From positions 596,677-660,676 of the forward strand of contig CAWAJV010000007.1 in the NCBI GenBank assembly GCA_963782485.1: a stretch of 64,000 bases of DNA, written 5' to 3'. The notes under the pieces are model-generated. The model saw only the letters and a list, made by a program, of their open reading frames with translations, did not search any database and was not told the DNA's origin. How positions within the stretch are numbered: position 1 is the stretch's first letter; every line of letters starts with the position of its first letter. This DNA comes from an uncultured Actinomycetota bacterium. Lineage in GTDB: Bacteria; Actinomycetota; Actinomycetes; Frankiales; Frankiaceae. Position numbers and translations under genes: made by a program. Of this stretch, positions 1 through 9,517 are shown piece after piece.

Positions 1-1
1 C

Positions 2-247
2 GCCGGAGCGAGCCCCGCCACGCTGCAGATCAGCCTCATCCGATCGGCGCTCGGCGCGGGTTGCTCGGTGCTCACCAGCACGACCGCAACCGGCGCCGGA
101 GCGGTCTCGTTCACGATGCCGCGCATCGACGCGACCGTCCCTCGCGGGGACAACGTGGCCCTGGTCGTTTCCAGCGGCAGTCCCGCACGCATCACCGGAA
201 CGGTCGACGCGCCGAGCTACCTCGTCCTGCCGACCAGCCCCAAGTGA
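2..247 (+). CDS. 3' fragment of an unidentified CDS (start lies upstream of the window)
   Basis: Frame 2 is open from the window edge to TGA at 245-247. GC3-rich codon usage is typical of this genome. No Met, so it is absent from the ORF track. Function not recognisable. Confidence 0.3.
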   Translation, partial: AGASPATLQISLIRSALGAGCSVLTSTTATGAGAVSFTMPRIDATVPRGDNVALVVSSGSPARITGTVDAPSYLVLPTSPK

Positions 248-271
248 CCCAACCGGGCCGGCGGCGGACGC

Positions 272-1222
272 TCAGGCTTCGGTGACCCCGCTCGGCCAGA
301 GGCCCGCGCGCTCGTAGATCTTCCGAGCCGGGGCGGCGTCCATCAAGCCGAGCTGCTCGAACTCCGCCATCACCTTGCGGGCGGCGTGTGCCTTCGTCGC
401 CCGCCATTGCGGGTTGCTCTGAGCCACGCGCTTGGCCTCCCCGATCTCGAGCCCAGCGGCCGCGTACGCGCGCGGATGGATCAGCCGGCTCGCGGCCGTC
501 GCGCACGAGATGGCCAGCCGGACAGAGCTCGCGTAGCGCACGGGTGCCGACGTGCTCGCCAGCTGGCGGGCGAGCTCCTCGGACGCGTAGCGCATGTGGC
601 GCGCCTCTTCGATCACGTGGATGTTCATGACGTCGCGCACGAAGGGCTGGACAGCGTCGTCCTTGACGGCCTCGCGCTGCAGGGAGTCGAGCACCTCCTC
701 GACGAAGAGCGCGGCAGCGAAGATCTCGATGGGGCGGCTGGTAGCCCGGAAGAAGCGGCCGAGGGCCAGCGTCTTGCGCCCGGGACCGTAGGCCGGGGCG
801 CCCAGCTTTTCGATCATTTTCCCGAACATGATCGAGTGGCGGCATTCGTCGGCGATCTCGGTGAGCGCGTATTGGACGTGCTGCGTCCGGGGGTCGAGCT
901 CGTAGACGTGGCGGGTCAGCATCGAGATCAGGATCAGCTCGAACCAGATGCCGACGCTGGCGATGCTGGCCGCCTCGTGGCGGGTGAGCTCGGCGCGAGC
1001 CGCGTCGCTCATCGATTCCCACAGCTCAGTGCCATAAAGCGAGCTGCGGTGCCAGGGAACGCCCGGCTTGCTCGGATCGACGGGAGCGTCCCAGTCGACC
1101 TCCACCAGGGGATCGAAGCTGGCCTTCGCCGACGAGCGCAGCAATCGAGCCGCGATCTGCTCACGGTCGGCAGGCTGGCGCGCCCCCGGCTCGCGGGTGC
1201 GACCGGATGGCGCCGGAGACAT
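272..1222 (-). CDS. AurF/CmlI-like diiron N-oxygenase family protein
   Basis: Two E..H carboxylate-bridged di-iron motifs (EIADECRHS, VIEEARHMRY) and ferritin-like helical content. Start taken at the internal Met (MSPAPSG) because the longer ORF's N-terminus is low-complexity junk and is followed by an AT-rich intergenic stretch. Confidence 0.75.
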   Translation of the reverse strand: MSPAPSGRTREPGARQPADREQIAARLLRSSAKASFDPLVEVDWDAPVDPSKPGVPWHRSSLYGTELWESMSDAARAELTRHEAASIASVGIWFELILISMLTRHVYELDPRTQHVQYALTEIADECRHSIMFGKMIEKLGAPAYGPGRKTLALGRFFRATSRPIEIFAAALFVEEVLDSLQREAVKDDAVQPFVRDVMNIHVIEEARHMRYASEELARQLASTSAPVRYASSVRLAISCATAASRLIHPRAYAAAGLEIGEAKRVAQSNPQWRATKAHAARKVMAEFEQLGLMDAAPARKIYERAGLWPSGVTEA

Positions 1223-1268
1223 CTCGGTAACTGTCATACATAAAGAATGTGACATCGAGAATGTAATG

Positions 1269-2054
1269 TCAACTCGCGGCCGTGTCGTGCCTCTCGGCCG
1301 GCGACCCGCGCTCGGACTCGCCGCGCTCACCGAGGGGAAAGACCTTCGGGACCACCTCGTCGACCTGCTGGCGCATGGCCGCCCGGAAACTGGCGAGCAA
1401 CGCCTGGCCGGCGATGGGGACCAGAGCCGCGATCGTCTCGCGCATCTGCTCCCACTCCTCAGCGGGCATGCCACGCTCGACGAAGTCACGCCACACCGTC
1501 GAGGCGATGAGGTCGACGAACACCCGGGCGACGGCGCGCGCGTGTTCGGTCACCAGCGGGCCGACCGCGAGGACCGCTTCGGCCGGCACCCCGAGCCCGA
1601 TGACCTGCTGCCCCGCGTCCAACAACTCCGGCTGCAGCAGCCGCACCCGGCCGTTCGGCAGGAGCTCGACGACCCCGCTGCTCACCAGCCGTTCGAGCAG
1701 TGCCGGGTCGGGCGGCACGCCGGCGCGAGCGGCGAGCGCCACCGCGTCCAGTTCCTCCTCGGCCTCCGGGCGCCACGGGTCACGGACCGTGCGCAGCATG
1801 GCCAGCGCGAGGGTGGCGGAGCGCGTGTCGGCCGCGAGCACCCGCTCGACGGCCGAGAGAGTCAGTCCCTCCGCCAGGAGGTCACGCACCAGGCTCAGCT
1901 GCTCGACGTGTTCGCTGTCGTAATACCCGGTGCGCCCGACCAGGCGCGGCGGGGTCAGCAGGCCGCGCGCCGCGTAGGCCCGCACATTGCGCACCGTCAT
2001 CCCGACCTCGCGCGCGAGCTCGTCGACGGTCAGCTCGTCGGGTCGCCTGGGCAC
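1269..2054 (-). CDS. MerR-family transcriptional regulator
   Basis: N-terminal HTH (MTVRNVRAYAARGLL) followed by a long effector domain. The C-terminal tail (GERGESERGSPA) is encoded by a degenerate copy of the 62-bp repeat. Confidence 0.85.
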   Translation of the reverse strand: MPRRPDELTVDELAREVGMTVRNVRAYAARGLLTPPRLVGRTGYYDSEHVEQLSLVRDLLAEGLTLSAVERVLAADTRSATLALAMLRTVRDPWRPEAEEELDAVALAARAGVPPDPALLERLVSSGVVELLPNGRVRLLQPELLDAGQQVIGLGVPAEAVLAVGPLVTEHARAVARVFVDLIASTVWRDFVERGMPAEEWEQMRETIAALVPIAGQALLASFRAAMRQQVDEVVPKVFPLGERGESERGSPAERHDTAAS

Positions 2055-2084
2055 CGGCGAAGGCTATCGCTGCGCGCTGACCCG

Positions 2085-2097
2085 GATCGGAATTCGA
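2085..2097. promoter_or_regulatory. Imperfect 13-bp palindrome ATCGGAATTCGAT in the divergent MerR / yceI promoter region
   Basis: Seen in sequence; 6/6 arm positions pair except one. Candidate MerR operator. Confidence 0.3.
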
Positions 2098-2162
2098 TGC
2101 TCGTCCAGACCAGTGTCGCTTAGCAGACTTTCGGGACAGCGGCCAGATCTCGGTGTCACAGT

Positions 2163-2765
2163 ATGGCGCACATCATGAAAACGACGCGCATTCCCTCACA
2201 GCCCGCCCCGATCGGCTTGCCACCCGCGGGCGATTGGCTCGTGGACACCGAACGGTCCACGATTTCTTTCAGCGGTCGCGCCTCACGAATCGCTCCGACG
2301 GTGCGGGCTGCATTCGGCGATGTCCGCGGTGGACTTCACCTCGCAACGGATCCGAACGCTTCTCGGGTCGGGGTGTGCGTCGATGTGCGAACCATCTCGA
2401 CCGGAAATCCGGTCTGGGACGACATGCTTCGCGCCGCTAATCCTTTCCGCTCCCATGAGTATCCGCTCGCCCATTTCGCCAGCCGCGCGGTGACGTGGAC
2501 CGGAAAGGGCTTCACCGTCCGCGGCAGCCTCGAGCTGGCCGGACGCGAGAGCGCGCTCACGCTCGAGGCGTCCGTGCACGAAAACGACGACGACTCGGTC
2601 GCGCTGCTGGCTGAGGGCACCATCGACCCGCGCGCGGCCGGGATCTCGCTGAACGTTCCGGGCGCTCGGCTGCTGATGCCTCGCACCATGAGCCTGTCGA
2701 TCGCCGTCATCGCCGGCCGGGCGCGCGCCGCGAAGCGCGGTCGCCAATTCGCTCTCGCCTCCTGA
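2163..2765 (+). CDS. YceI-family polyisoprenoid-binding protein
   Basis: Length about 200 aa; YceI-like beta-barrel sequence pattern. Confidence 0.8.
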   Translation: MAHIMKTTRIPSQPAPIGLPPAGDWLVDTERSTISFSGRASRIAPTVRAAFGDVRGGLHLATDPNASRVGVCVDVRTISTGNPVWDDMLRAANPFRSHEYPLAHFASRAVTWTGKGFTVRGSLELAGRESALTLEASVHENDDDSVALLAEGTIDPRAAGISLNVPGARLLMPRTMSLSIAVIAGRARAAKRGRQFALAS

Positions 2766-3251
2766 TCACGCCCGCCGTCAGCAGTCGTGACGGCCAGCCG
2801 GCGGCGAGCGGGCCATTCAGGTCACCGTCAGAACTGCCGCGTCGGCTGAATGGCCGTCACCCGTTCGCGTGAATTACCGCCGGGGGCATCACGGAGAGTC
2901 AGCCACCCGTGTTTACCAGTCAGCTTCGGGCGGTCTATCGACTTGGCGGACGGGGGCCGCCCGAGGCCACCTACTTTTCAGCCGATATTGCTGGCGATAT
3001 TCGCCTCAGCTGTGGCTTCATCGGCACTCGCCAGGCACCTGGCGCAGCCGGCGCGTGCTCCCGCGACATCGGGTAGTCACTCTCCGGCCTCGAACGTCAC
3101 GTACCGGAATGAATACTCAGAGCTACTACCCCGCGCTGGGCGCAGAGGGTGCCATTTGCGTTACTCGGGGTGACCGGTATTAGCTAAGTGTGAGGCCGGG
3201 CTCGACGAGGATTCCGCCAAGTACCCACCGTCGGCCCGGCCACTTCACTAT

Positions 3252-3270
3252 AGGTCACGACTTGTGACCT
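3252..3270. promoter_or_regulatory. Perfect inverted repeat AGGTCAC-gactt-GTGACCT inside the low-GC non-coding island
   Basis: Seen in sequence. Shares the half-site GTSACCT with the palindrome at 3359-3371. Confidence 0.35.
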
Positions 3271-3403
3271 CGCATTAGCAGTTTTTGACTTTGCGTGACT
3301 CCACCTCGGCGAGTCGGCTCAGGGCTCTCACAGACAGTAACTGTCCGAGTGCGGACTCTCACCTAAGGTGACTTAGCTTGCCTTGCCCAGCCGGTGAACG
3401 GGG

Positions 3404-4357
3404 CTACTTGGCCTTCGCGGGACCGGGCTGCGCCACGATGTCGGCAACGATCGCCGCAGACGTCGTCGTCGTTGACGTCTGGACCGGGGTCACGATGAGC
3501 ACCCGGCTGCCAATCGGGGCCCCGACAATGGCACTGAAAGGATTCGACTGGCCCGTGACTCCGACGAGCGTGGCTTGCGGATAGCCGGTCTTATATGTCG
3601 ACTCCAGGAATTCGCCCGTGTAATACACGGCCTCGTACTGAAGCACGACAAGCCCGGTCTTTACCGCTGCGCCCTTCGCCTTGTAAAGGATCACGGCCGC
3701 CGCTGCCTTTGGCTGCGCCGCTCCCTTGGCCACCTTGATGGTGGGCCGGGCACCCAAGGCGCCGGTGACCGTAATGGGTCCGGTAGCAACGTTCTGCTTG
3801 ACGGCCTTCAAATCGCCATGGGCGGAGCCGGAGTAGACCGAGATCAGGTCGATCACGAAGACGATCGTGTCAGTGCCCTTGATGCCCGCACCGGAGTTGC
3901 CCGAGCTGCCGTACCCATCGCTCGGCGGGACGGACAGCAGTACCCGGCTGCCCACCCGCTTGCCGACCAGGCCCTTGTCCCAGCCCTTGATGACCTGGTT
4001 CACGCCGATGGGCGTGCCGAACGGCGCCTTGCGGTCGTAGGAGTTGTCGAAGACCTTGCCGTTCCAGATTTGCCCGAGGTAGTCGACGACCAGCAACTGC
4101 TTGTCCTGCACGACCGGCCCGGTGCCGGTGGAAAGCACCTTCGTCTGCAGGGTGGCGCTGGGCTTCTCCTTCGGGAACGTGAGCTTGGGCTTGGTGCCGT
4201 AGGCGCCGCTGACCGCCGGGAGCGCCCCGCCGGTAGAGCCCTTGGAGTCGCCAGCGGACGAGCTCGAGCTGCAGGCGCTGATCACCAATAGCAGGAGGAC
4301 CCCGGCTAGAGCGATCACCGCGCGGGGGCGCCGGCGGGCGAGGACGGAAGGCTGCAC
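3404..4357 (-). CDS. FKBP-type peptidyl-prolyl cis-trans isomerase lipoprotein (two FKBP domains)
   Basis: Signal peptide plus lipobox (LLVISAC). FKBP domain signature YDRKAPFGTPIGVNQVIKGWDKGLVG..GSRVLLSVPP. Confidence 0.85.
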   Translation of the reverse strand: MQPSVLARRRPRAVIALAGVLLLLVISACSSSSSAGDSKGSTGGALPAVSGAYGTKPKLTFPKEKPSATLQTKVLSTGTGPVVQDKQLLVVDYLGQIWNGKVFDNSYDRKAPFGTPIGVNQVIKGWDKGLVGKRVGSRVLLSVPPSDGYGSSGNSGAGIKGTDTIVFVIDLISVYSGSAHGDLKAVKQNVATGPITVTGALGARPTIKVAKGAAQPKAAAAVILYKAKGAAVKTGLVVLQYEAVYYTGEFLESTYKTGYPQATLVGVTGQSNPFSAIVGAPIGSRVLIVTPVQTSTTTTSAAIVADIVAQPGPAKAK

Positions 4358-4475
4358 GAAGTTCCCCTTAACGGTGGTCTCCCGCCAAGACCAGTCACCG
4401 ATTATTCACCTGGCGGCGGCACAAAACGCCCTGAGCCTAGATGCCGAGCCTGGGAACGGCATGCAAGAAGCGCCG

Positions 4476-5351
4476 CTACGCGGCGCCTTCCAGTGCGGTG
4501 AACTCCTCGTCGGACAGGTGGACCCCGGCCGCCTCCAGGTTTTCCTCCAGGTGGGCCACCTTGCTGGTGCCCGGGATGGGCAGCATCGCGGGCGAGCGCG
4601 CCAGCACCCAGGCCAGCGCCAGCTGCGCCGGCGGCACCCCGTGGCGCTTGGAGGCCGTGTCGAGAACCCCGCCCGGCTTGGCGAGCTCACCGGTGGCCAG
4701 CGGGAACCACGGGATGAACGCGAGGCCGTTCTCGGTGCAGTAGTCCAGCACATCCTCGTGGTGGCGGTCGGCCAGGTTGTAGAGGTTCTGCACCGACACG
4801 ATGGAGGCGATGCTGCGGCACTGCTCGACCTCGGCGACCGACACCTCCGAAATGCCGAGGTGGCGAATCTTGCCCTCATCCTGCATGGCCCGCAGCTCGC
4901 CCAGCGAGTCCTCCACCGGCACCCGGCGGTCGATCCGATGCAGCTGGTACAGGTCGATGCGCTCGAGCTTGAGGCGCCGCAGGCTCATCTCCACCTCCTG
5001 GCGCAAGTACTCGGGCCGGCCGCAGACCGGCCAGACCCCCGGACCGGTGCGCAGCAGGCCCCCCTTCGTCGCGATGACGAGGTTCTCCGGGTACGGATGC
5101 AGCGCCTTCGCGATGAGTTCCTCGCTGAAGTACGGCCCGTACGAGTCGGCCGTATCGATGAACGTCACCCCGAGCTCGACAGCCCGCCGCAGCACGCGGA
5201 TGCACTCGTCGGGGTCGGCGGGCGGCCCCCAGATGCCCTCGCCGGTGAGCTGCATGGCGCCGAAACCCAGGCGCGCGACGGTCAGATCACCGCCGAGGGT
5301 GATGGTGCCGGCTGCCGACGCAGCCGTGGCGTGAGAGGTCGCAGAAGTCAT
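4476..5351 (-). CDS. Aldo/keto reductase
   Basis: AKR fold motifs (GTSKVAHLEENL, IDTADSYG). Confidence 0.9.
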   Translation of the reverse strand: MTSATSHATAASAAGTITLGGDLTVARLGFGAMQLTGEGIWGPPADPDECIRVLRRAVELGVTFIDTADSYGPYFSEELIAKALHPYPENLVIATKGGLLRTGPGVWPVCGRPEYLRQEVEMSLRRLKLERIDLYQLHRIDRRVPVEDSLGELRAMQDEGKIRHLGISEVSVAEVEQCRSIASIVSVQNLYNLADRHHEDVLDYCTENGLAFIPWFPLATGELAKPGGVLDTASKRHGVPPAQLALAWVLARSPAMLPIPGTSKVAHLEENLEAAGVHLSDEEFTALEGAA

Positions 5352-5406
5352 GATTCGACCCTACGGGGACGTACCGGACTACCGCTCGTCGCGAGATTCG
5401 GCGCGG

Positions 5407-6183
5407 CTACTGGGCGACCCGATACCCGCCGGCCGCGTCACCACCGTCGACGAGGAACTCGCTGCCCGTGCTGTACGAGCTGTCATCCGACGCGAGGAAC
5501 GCCACCATGCGGGCCACCTCCTCCGGCTGCCCGATGCGCGGGATCGGCAGCCCGCGAAAATGGGCGTCACGGTCGACGTCGGCGAAATCGGGGCCGCCGA
5601 TCATCTCGGTGTCGACGGCCCCCGGATGCACGGAGTTCACCCGGATCCCGTAGGCGCCGAGCTCGAGCGCCGCCGTCTTCGTCATCCCGCGTACCGCCCA
5701 CTTCGAGGCGACGTAGCCGATGGCGCCGGCGACACCTTTCAGGCCGGCGACGGAGGAGATGTTGATGATCGATCCCCCGCCCGCGTTGCGCATGGCGGGC
5801 ACCACGGCGCGCATCCCGAGAAAGCAGCCGACCTGGTTGACCGCGATGACGGCCTGGTAATCCTCCAGGCTCATCGTCTCCAGCGGGTCCGCGCGCAGGA
5901 TCCCGGCATTGTTGACCAGGACGTCCAGCCCGCCGAAACGGGCGTCCACGAGATCGACGACGTCCGTCCAGCAACGCTCGCTCGTCACGTCGAGGTGCAC
6001 GTACTGCGCGGCCTCCCCGAGCTCGGCGGCGACCGCGCGGCCGAGCTCGTCCCGCACGTCAGCGATGAGCACGCGGGCGCCGGACTCGACGAACAGGCGG
6101 GCGGCCGTCGCGCCGTGACCCCGCGCCGCACCCGTGATCAGTGCACGCTTTCCGACCAGATCCACCACTGGTGACGCCTCCAC
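5407..6183 (-). CDS. SDR-family NAD(P)-dependent oxidoreductase
   Basis: TGAARGHG Rossmann motif, NNAG motif, catalytic YxxxK (YVASK). Confidence 0.9.
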   Translation of the reverse strand: MEASPVVDLVGKRALITGAARGHGATAARLFVESGARVLIADVRDELGRAVAAELGEAAQYVHLDVTSERCWTDVVDLVDARFGGLDVLVNNAGILRADPLETMSLEDYQAVIAVNQVGCFLGMRAVVPAMRNAGGGSIINISSVAGLKGVAGAIGYVASKWAVRGMTKTAALELGAYGIRVNSVHPGAVDTEMIGGPDFADVDRDAHFRGLPIPRIGQPEEVARMVAFLASDDSSYSTGSEFLVDGGDAAGGYRVAQ

Positions 6184-6241
6184 CCGATGCCGTCAACGCC
6201 TGCTCGAAGGCCCTCGGTAAGCCTGCCCCCGCGAGCCCCCA

Positions 6242-6253
6242 GTGAATATTCAC
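6242..6253. promoter_or_regulatory. Perfect 12-bp AT-cored palindrome GTGAATATTCAC about 57 bp upstream of the lipoprotein gene
   Basis: Seen in sequence; unusual AT-rich dyad in a GC-rich context. Confidence 0.3.
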
Positions 6254-6309
6254 GCCGAACCGCGACCGCCACCGGGGGCGGGCAAACCGCCCGTACTAGT
6301 GTCGATCCG

Positions 6310-7269
6310 ATGCGCCGCCGTGTACCGCCCGCCGCCCTGGCTCTCGTCACGGCAAGCCTTCTCGCCGCGTCAGCCTGCTCCTCTGGCGGCGGGGCCAGCC
6401 CGACCGCCACAGCCGGAGCGCGGGCGGACCCGCCGCCCTCGCCCTCCGCGTCACCCACACCCACACCCACGCCCACGCCGCCCCCTACCCTGCCGCGCGG
6501 TGGGCGCGTCATCTTCCCGCGCTACCGCGTCGTCGCCTATTACGGCGGCAGCGACGGGCCCGGGCTGGGCGTGCTCGGAGCCGGAACGCCCGACCAGGCC
6601 GCGGAAGCGGTCGAGCGGCAGTCCCGGCTGTTCGCCGTCCCCGGTCGCCCGGTGCTGCCGGCCATGGAACTGATCACGACGGTCGCGCTCGCCTCACCTG
6701 GCCCGAACGGCATCTACTCCTCTCCCGGGGATCCGGCGGCAGTGCAGCGCTACCTCGCCGCCGCCCGCCGCCACAAGCAGCTGCTCGTGATGGACTTCCA
6801 GCCCGGGCAAGGCGATTACCTGACCCAGATCAAGCGTTTCGAGCAATTCGTCAAGCAGCCCGACGTGGGCGTCGCGCTCGACCCTGAATGGCACATGCGG
6901 CCCGGGCAGATCCCCGGCCAGGTCTTCGGGTCGTCGTCAGCCGCCGATGTCAATGCGGTATCGAGCTACCTGGCGCAGCTGGTGCGCCGCTACCGGTTGC
7001 CCCAGAAGCTCTTCATCATTCACCAGTTCCGGCAGTCGATGCTCCCGGACCGCCAGCTGATCGTCGCCCGCCCGGGGCTCGCGACCGTCTTCCACGCGGA
7101 CGGCAACGGCGTGCCGGCCGACAAGGTTCAGGTGTACAACCTGCTGGCCTTCCCGGGTCCGCCGTTCCGCCGCGGCTTCAAGCTCTTCTACACGCGCGAT
7201 GTGCCTTTGATGTCGCCGCAGGAGGCGCTGGCCCTCGTGCCACCGCCCGATCTCGTCACCTACCAGTAG
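6310..7269 (+). CDS. Secreted lipoprotein of unknown function (Pro/Thr-rich linker followed by a globular domain)
   Basis: Start chosen at the Met preceding a signal peptide and lipobox (LLAASAC). PTPTPTPTPPPT linker. No recognisable catalytic motif. Confidence 0.55.
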   Translation: MRRRVPPAALALVTASLLAASACSSGGGASPTATAGARADPPPSPSASPTPTPTPTPPPTLPRGGRVIFPRYRVVAYYGGSDGPGLGVLGAGTPDQAAEAVERQSRLFAVPGRPVLPAMELITTVALASPGPNGIYSSPGDPAAVQRYLAAARRHKQLLVMDFQPGQGDYLTQIKRFEQFVKQPDVGVALDPEWHMRPGQIPGQVFGSSSAADVNAVSSYLAQLVRRYRLPQKLFIIHQFRQSMLPDRQLIVARPGLATVFHADGNGVPADKVQVYNLLAFPGPPFRRGFKLFYTRDVPLMSPQEALALVPPPDLVTYQ

Positions 7270-7292
7270 CCCGCCAGAAGAGGAAGCACCGA

Positions 7293-8045
7293 ATGAACGT
7301 CACCATGCAATGCGGCACCGAGATGCTCGCCGGTCACGGTGGTGACGAGATCGAGACGTACGTGGCGCTCCCGGCCGGGCCAGCGGCTGACGGTCCGGTG
7401 CCGGGGGTGGTCGTGATCCACCACATGCCCGGCTTCGACGCGGCTACCAAGGAGATCACCCGCCGGTTCGCCTCGCGTGGCTACGCGGCCATCCTGCCCA
7501 ACCTGCACTACCGCGAGGCACCCGGCGCCGAAGCCGACGACGCCGCTGCCGCCAACCGGGCAGCCGGCGGGGTGCCCGACGAGAGGCTGACCGGCGATGT
7601 CCAGGCCGCCGCCGCTTACCTTCGTGGCCTGCCCGGGTCAAACGGAAAGGCGGGCACGATCGGCTACTGCTCCGGCGGGCGGCAATCCTTTCTCGCCGGC
7701 TGCACCGCCGGGGTCGACGCCGCTGTCGACTGCTACGGCGCGTTCGTCGTCGGCGACGCGCCGGAATCCTTCCCGATTGCGATGCCCTCGATCGTGCACC
7801 TGACCCCGCAGCTGGGGTGCCCGCTGCTCGGCATGTTCGGCAACGAGGACAAGGCTCCCTCGCCGGAGCAGGTCGACGTGCTCGAAGCCGCGCTGCAGGC
7901 CGCAGGCAAGGAGTACGAGTTTCACCGCTACGACAACGCCGGCCACGGCTTCTTCGCGGTCGACCGGCCCATGTACCGCCAGGCCGCGGCCACGGACGGA
8001 TGGGTCAAGATCTTCGACTTCTTCGGCCGCCACCTCGCGGCCTGA
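7293..8045 (+). CDS. Dienelactone hydrolase family protein
   Basis: Alpha/beta-hydrolase; nucleophile motif GYCSGG; C-terminal His. RBS GAGGAAG upstream of the ATG at 7293. Confidence 0.85.
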   Translation: MNVTMQCGTEMLAGHGGDEIETYVALPAGPAADGPVPGVVVIHHMPGFDAATKEITRRFASRGYAAILPNLHYREAPGAEADDAAAANRAAGGVPDERLTGDVQAAAAYLRGLPGSNGKAGTIGYCSGGRQSFLAGCTAGVDAAVDCYGAFVVGDAPESFPIAMPSIVHLTPQLGCPLLGMFGNEDKAPSPEQVDVLEAALQAAGKEYEFHRYDNAGHGFFAVDRPMYRQAAATDGWVKIFDFFGRHLAA

Positions 8046-8076
8046 GCCGCCGACCGGACCGGAAGGACGCCCCACC

Positions 8077-8352
8077 ATGTGCACGTACATCACCGAGCTC
8101 GTCACGATCGAAGGCAGCGGCAAGGGCACCGCGGGGTGGTTCGACCTCACCGACGCGAGCGTCTACGTCGATCATCCGGTGGCGGCGCAGGCCGACCACA
8201 CGCTCAACATCGACTTTCGCAATCCGGCGCGGGGGCCCGCGGCGCGCGTCGCGGTGGAGCTCACGGCAGCGTCCGCCCTGGCACTTGTCGACGCGATCCA
8301 CGCCGCGCTGGCGGCGGTCCCCGAAGGCCTGCTGGAGACCGCCCCGGCGTAG
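8077..8352 (+). CDS. Small hypothetical protein (91 aa)
   Basis: Good GC3 codon bias and tight spacing after the hydrolase gene. No identifiable domain. Confidence 0.4.
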   Translation: MCTYITELVTIEGSGKGTAGWFDLTDASVYVDHPVAAQADHTLNIDFRNPARGPAARVAVELTAASALALVDAIHAALAAVPEGLLETAPA

Positions 8353-8365
8353 CGGATCAGCCGGC

Positions 8366-9352
8366 TCAGCCGACCAGCAGCTCCGGGTTGCGCGTCTGCA
8401 CCATTCGCCGGATCCCTTCGCGCCAGGTGACCTCGGTCGGCTCGCCCACCAGCTCGCGCAGCCGGGTGACGTCAGCGGGCGTGCCTTCGATGGCCGTCGG
8501 GTCGACGGTGAACGCCGGGGTGCGCCCGGTGAGCTCGCCGAGGAAGCCGACCCACTCCTCGATCGTGACCCGCTCCGAACCGGCCCAGTTCACCGTCACC
8601 GCGGGGACAGCCGCCGCTTCCAGCAGGGCCGGCAGCGTGCGGATGATGTCGTCCTCGTGGATCAGGTGGTAGGCGCCGCCGTCGGGCGGGACCGGAATGG
8701 CCATGCCGCCCGAGAGCATCAGCAGGTGAAACCAGGGCCAGCCGCCGTTGTCGCCATAGGGAACGTTGAGCCGGGCGATGACGGTGGGCAGGTTCAACGT
8801 GCGGGCGTACGTGCGGGCAACTGCCTCGGCGGCGACCTTCGACAGCACGTAGTTCGGCATCATCTGGGTGTGGTTGTTGTCGCCGAGCGGGCTGCTCTCG
8901 GGGAGCGGCTCACCCCCCTGCGGCGCGTACACGGCAGTCGACGAGCAGTGCAGGAACGCCTTGGCCCCGGCGTAGCGCGTCATCAGCAGCCCGACCGACT
9001 CGGCATTGGCCGTCAGGTCGGCGTCGCTGTCCTTGGTCTTGGCTACCGCGAAATTGAGCACGTAGTCGGCGGACTCGGGTAGCTCATCCAGCCCCTCGCC
9101 GCTCCCGAGGTCGGCGACCACGCAGTGCACGCCCGCCTCCTCCAGGCTCGTACGGGCGGCGGCGTTCGAGAATCGGGCAGGTGCCCAGACCTCGTTGGCC
9201 AAGCCCGGAGCGGCTAGCGCCTTGGCTACGGGGAGTCCGACCTGTCCGGTCGCACCGGTGACGATGATCTTGGCGTTGTTCAGCACGCGCTCATCTTCCG
9301 ATGCCCACCCGGCAGCCTCAGCACGGGGGTCGGCTGAGGCCGCCGGCAGCAC
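8366..9352 (-). CDS. NAD-dependent epimerase/dehydratase family protein
   Basis: GxxGxxG Rossmann motif (IIVTGATGQVG) and YxxxK (YVLSK). The true start may be the GTG about 22 codons downstream of the first Met. Confidence 0.8.
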   Translation of the reverse strand: MLPAASADPRAEAAGWASEDERVLNNAKIIVTGATGQVGLPVAKALAAPGLANEVWAPARFSNAAARTSLEEAGVHCVVADLGSGEGLDELPESADYVLNFAVAKTKDSDADLTANAESVGLLMTRYAGAKAFLHCSSTAVYAPQGGEPLPESSPLGDNNHTQMMPNYVLSKVAAEAVARTYARTLNLPTVIARLNVPYGDNGGWPWFHLLMLSGGMAIPVPPDGGAYHLIHEDDIIRTLPALLEAAAVPAVTVNWAGSERVTIEEWVGFLGELTGRTPAFTVDPTAIEGTPADVTRLRELVGEPTEVTWREGIRRMVQTRNPELLVG

Positions 9353-9457
9353 GTTGTCGTAGGCATGTGTCCAACGTCGGACCGTGCCCTAGCTGCCCGG
9401 GATGCTGTGCCTGCGGGGTGACTGTGGGCCGGGCGAACCGGTGGGCCCCGGGCAGCG

Positions 9458-9495
9458 AAAAGGGGCCGTCCCGCGTGAGAGCGCGGGACGGCCCC
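9458..9495 (-). terminator. Intrinsic terminator of the electron-transfer operon
   Basis: 14-bp perfect GC stem (GGGGCCGTCCCGCG / CGCGGGACGGCCCC) with a 5-nt loop, followed by TTTT on the minus strand immediately downstream of the ferredoxin stop. Confidence 0.6.
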
Positions 9496-9517
9496 TCGGC
9501 CGCCGACGGATGGGCCG

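Noticed and set aside
2850-3183. Two overlapping about 105-aa ORFs inside the low-GC island
   Set aside because: Poor codon bias, no RBS, and Arg/Ser-rich nonsense composition. The region is more plausibly non-coding.
4406-4879. 157-aa ORF overlapping the aldo/keto reductase gene on the same strand
   Set aside because: Alternative frame of a well-supported gene; Arg/Ser/Pro-rich junk.
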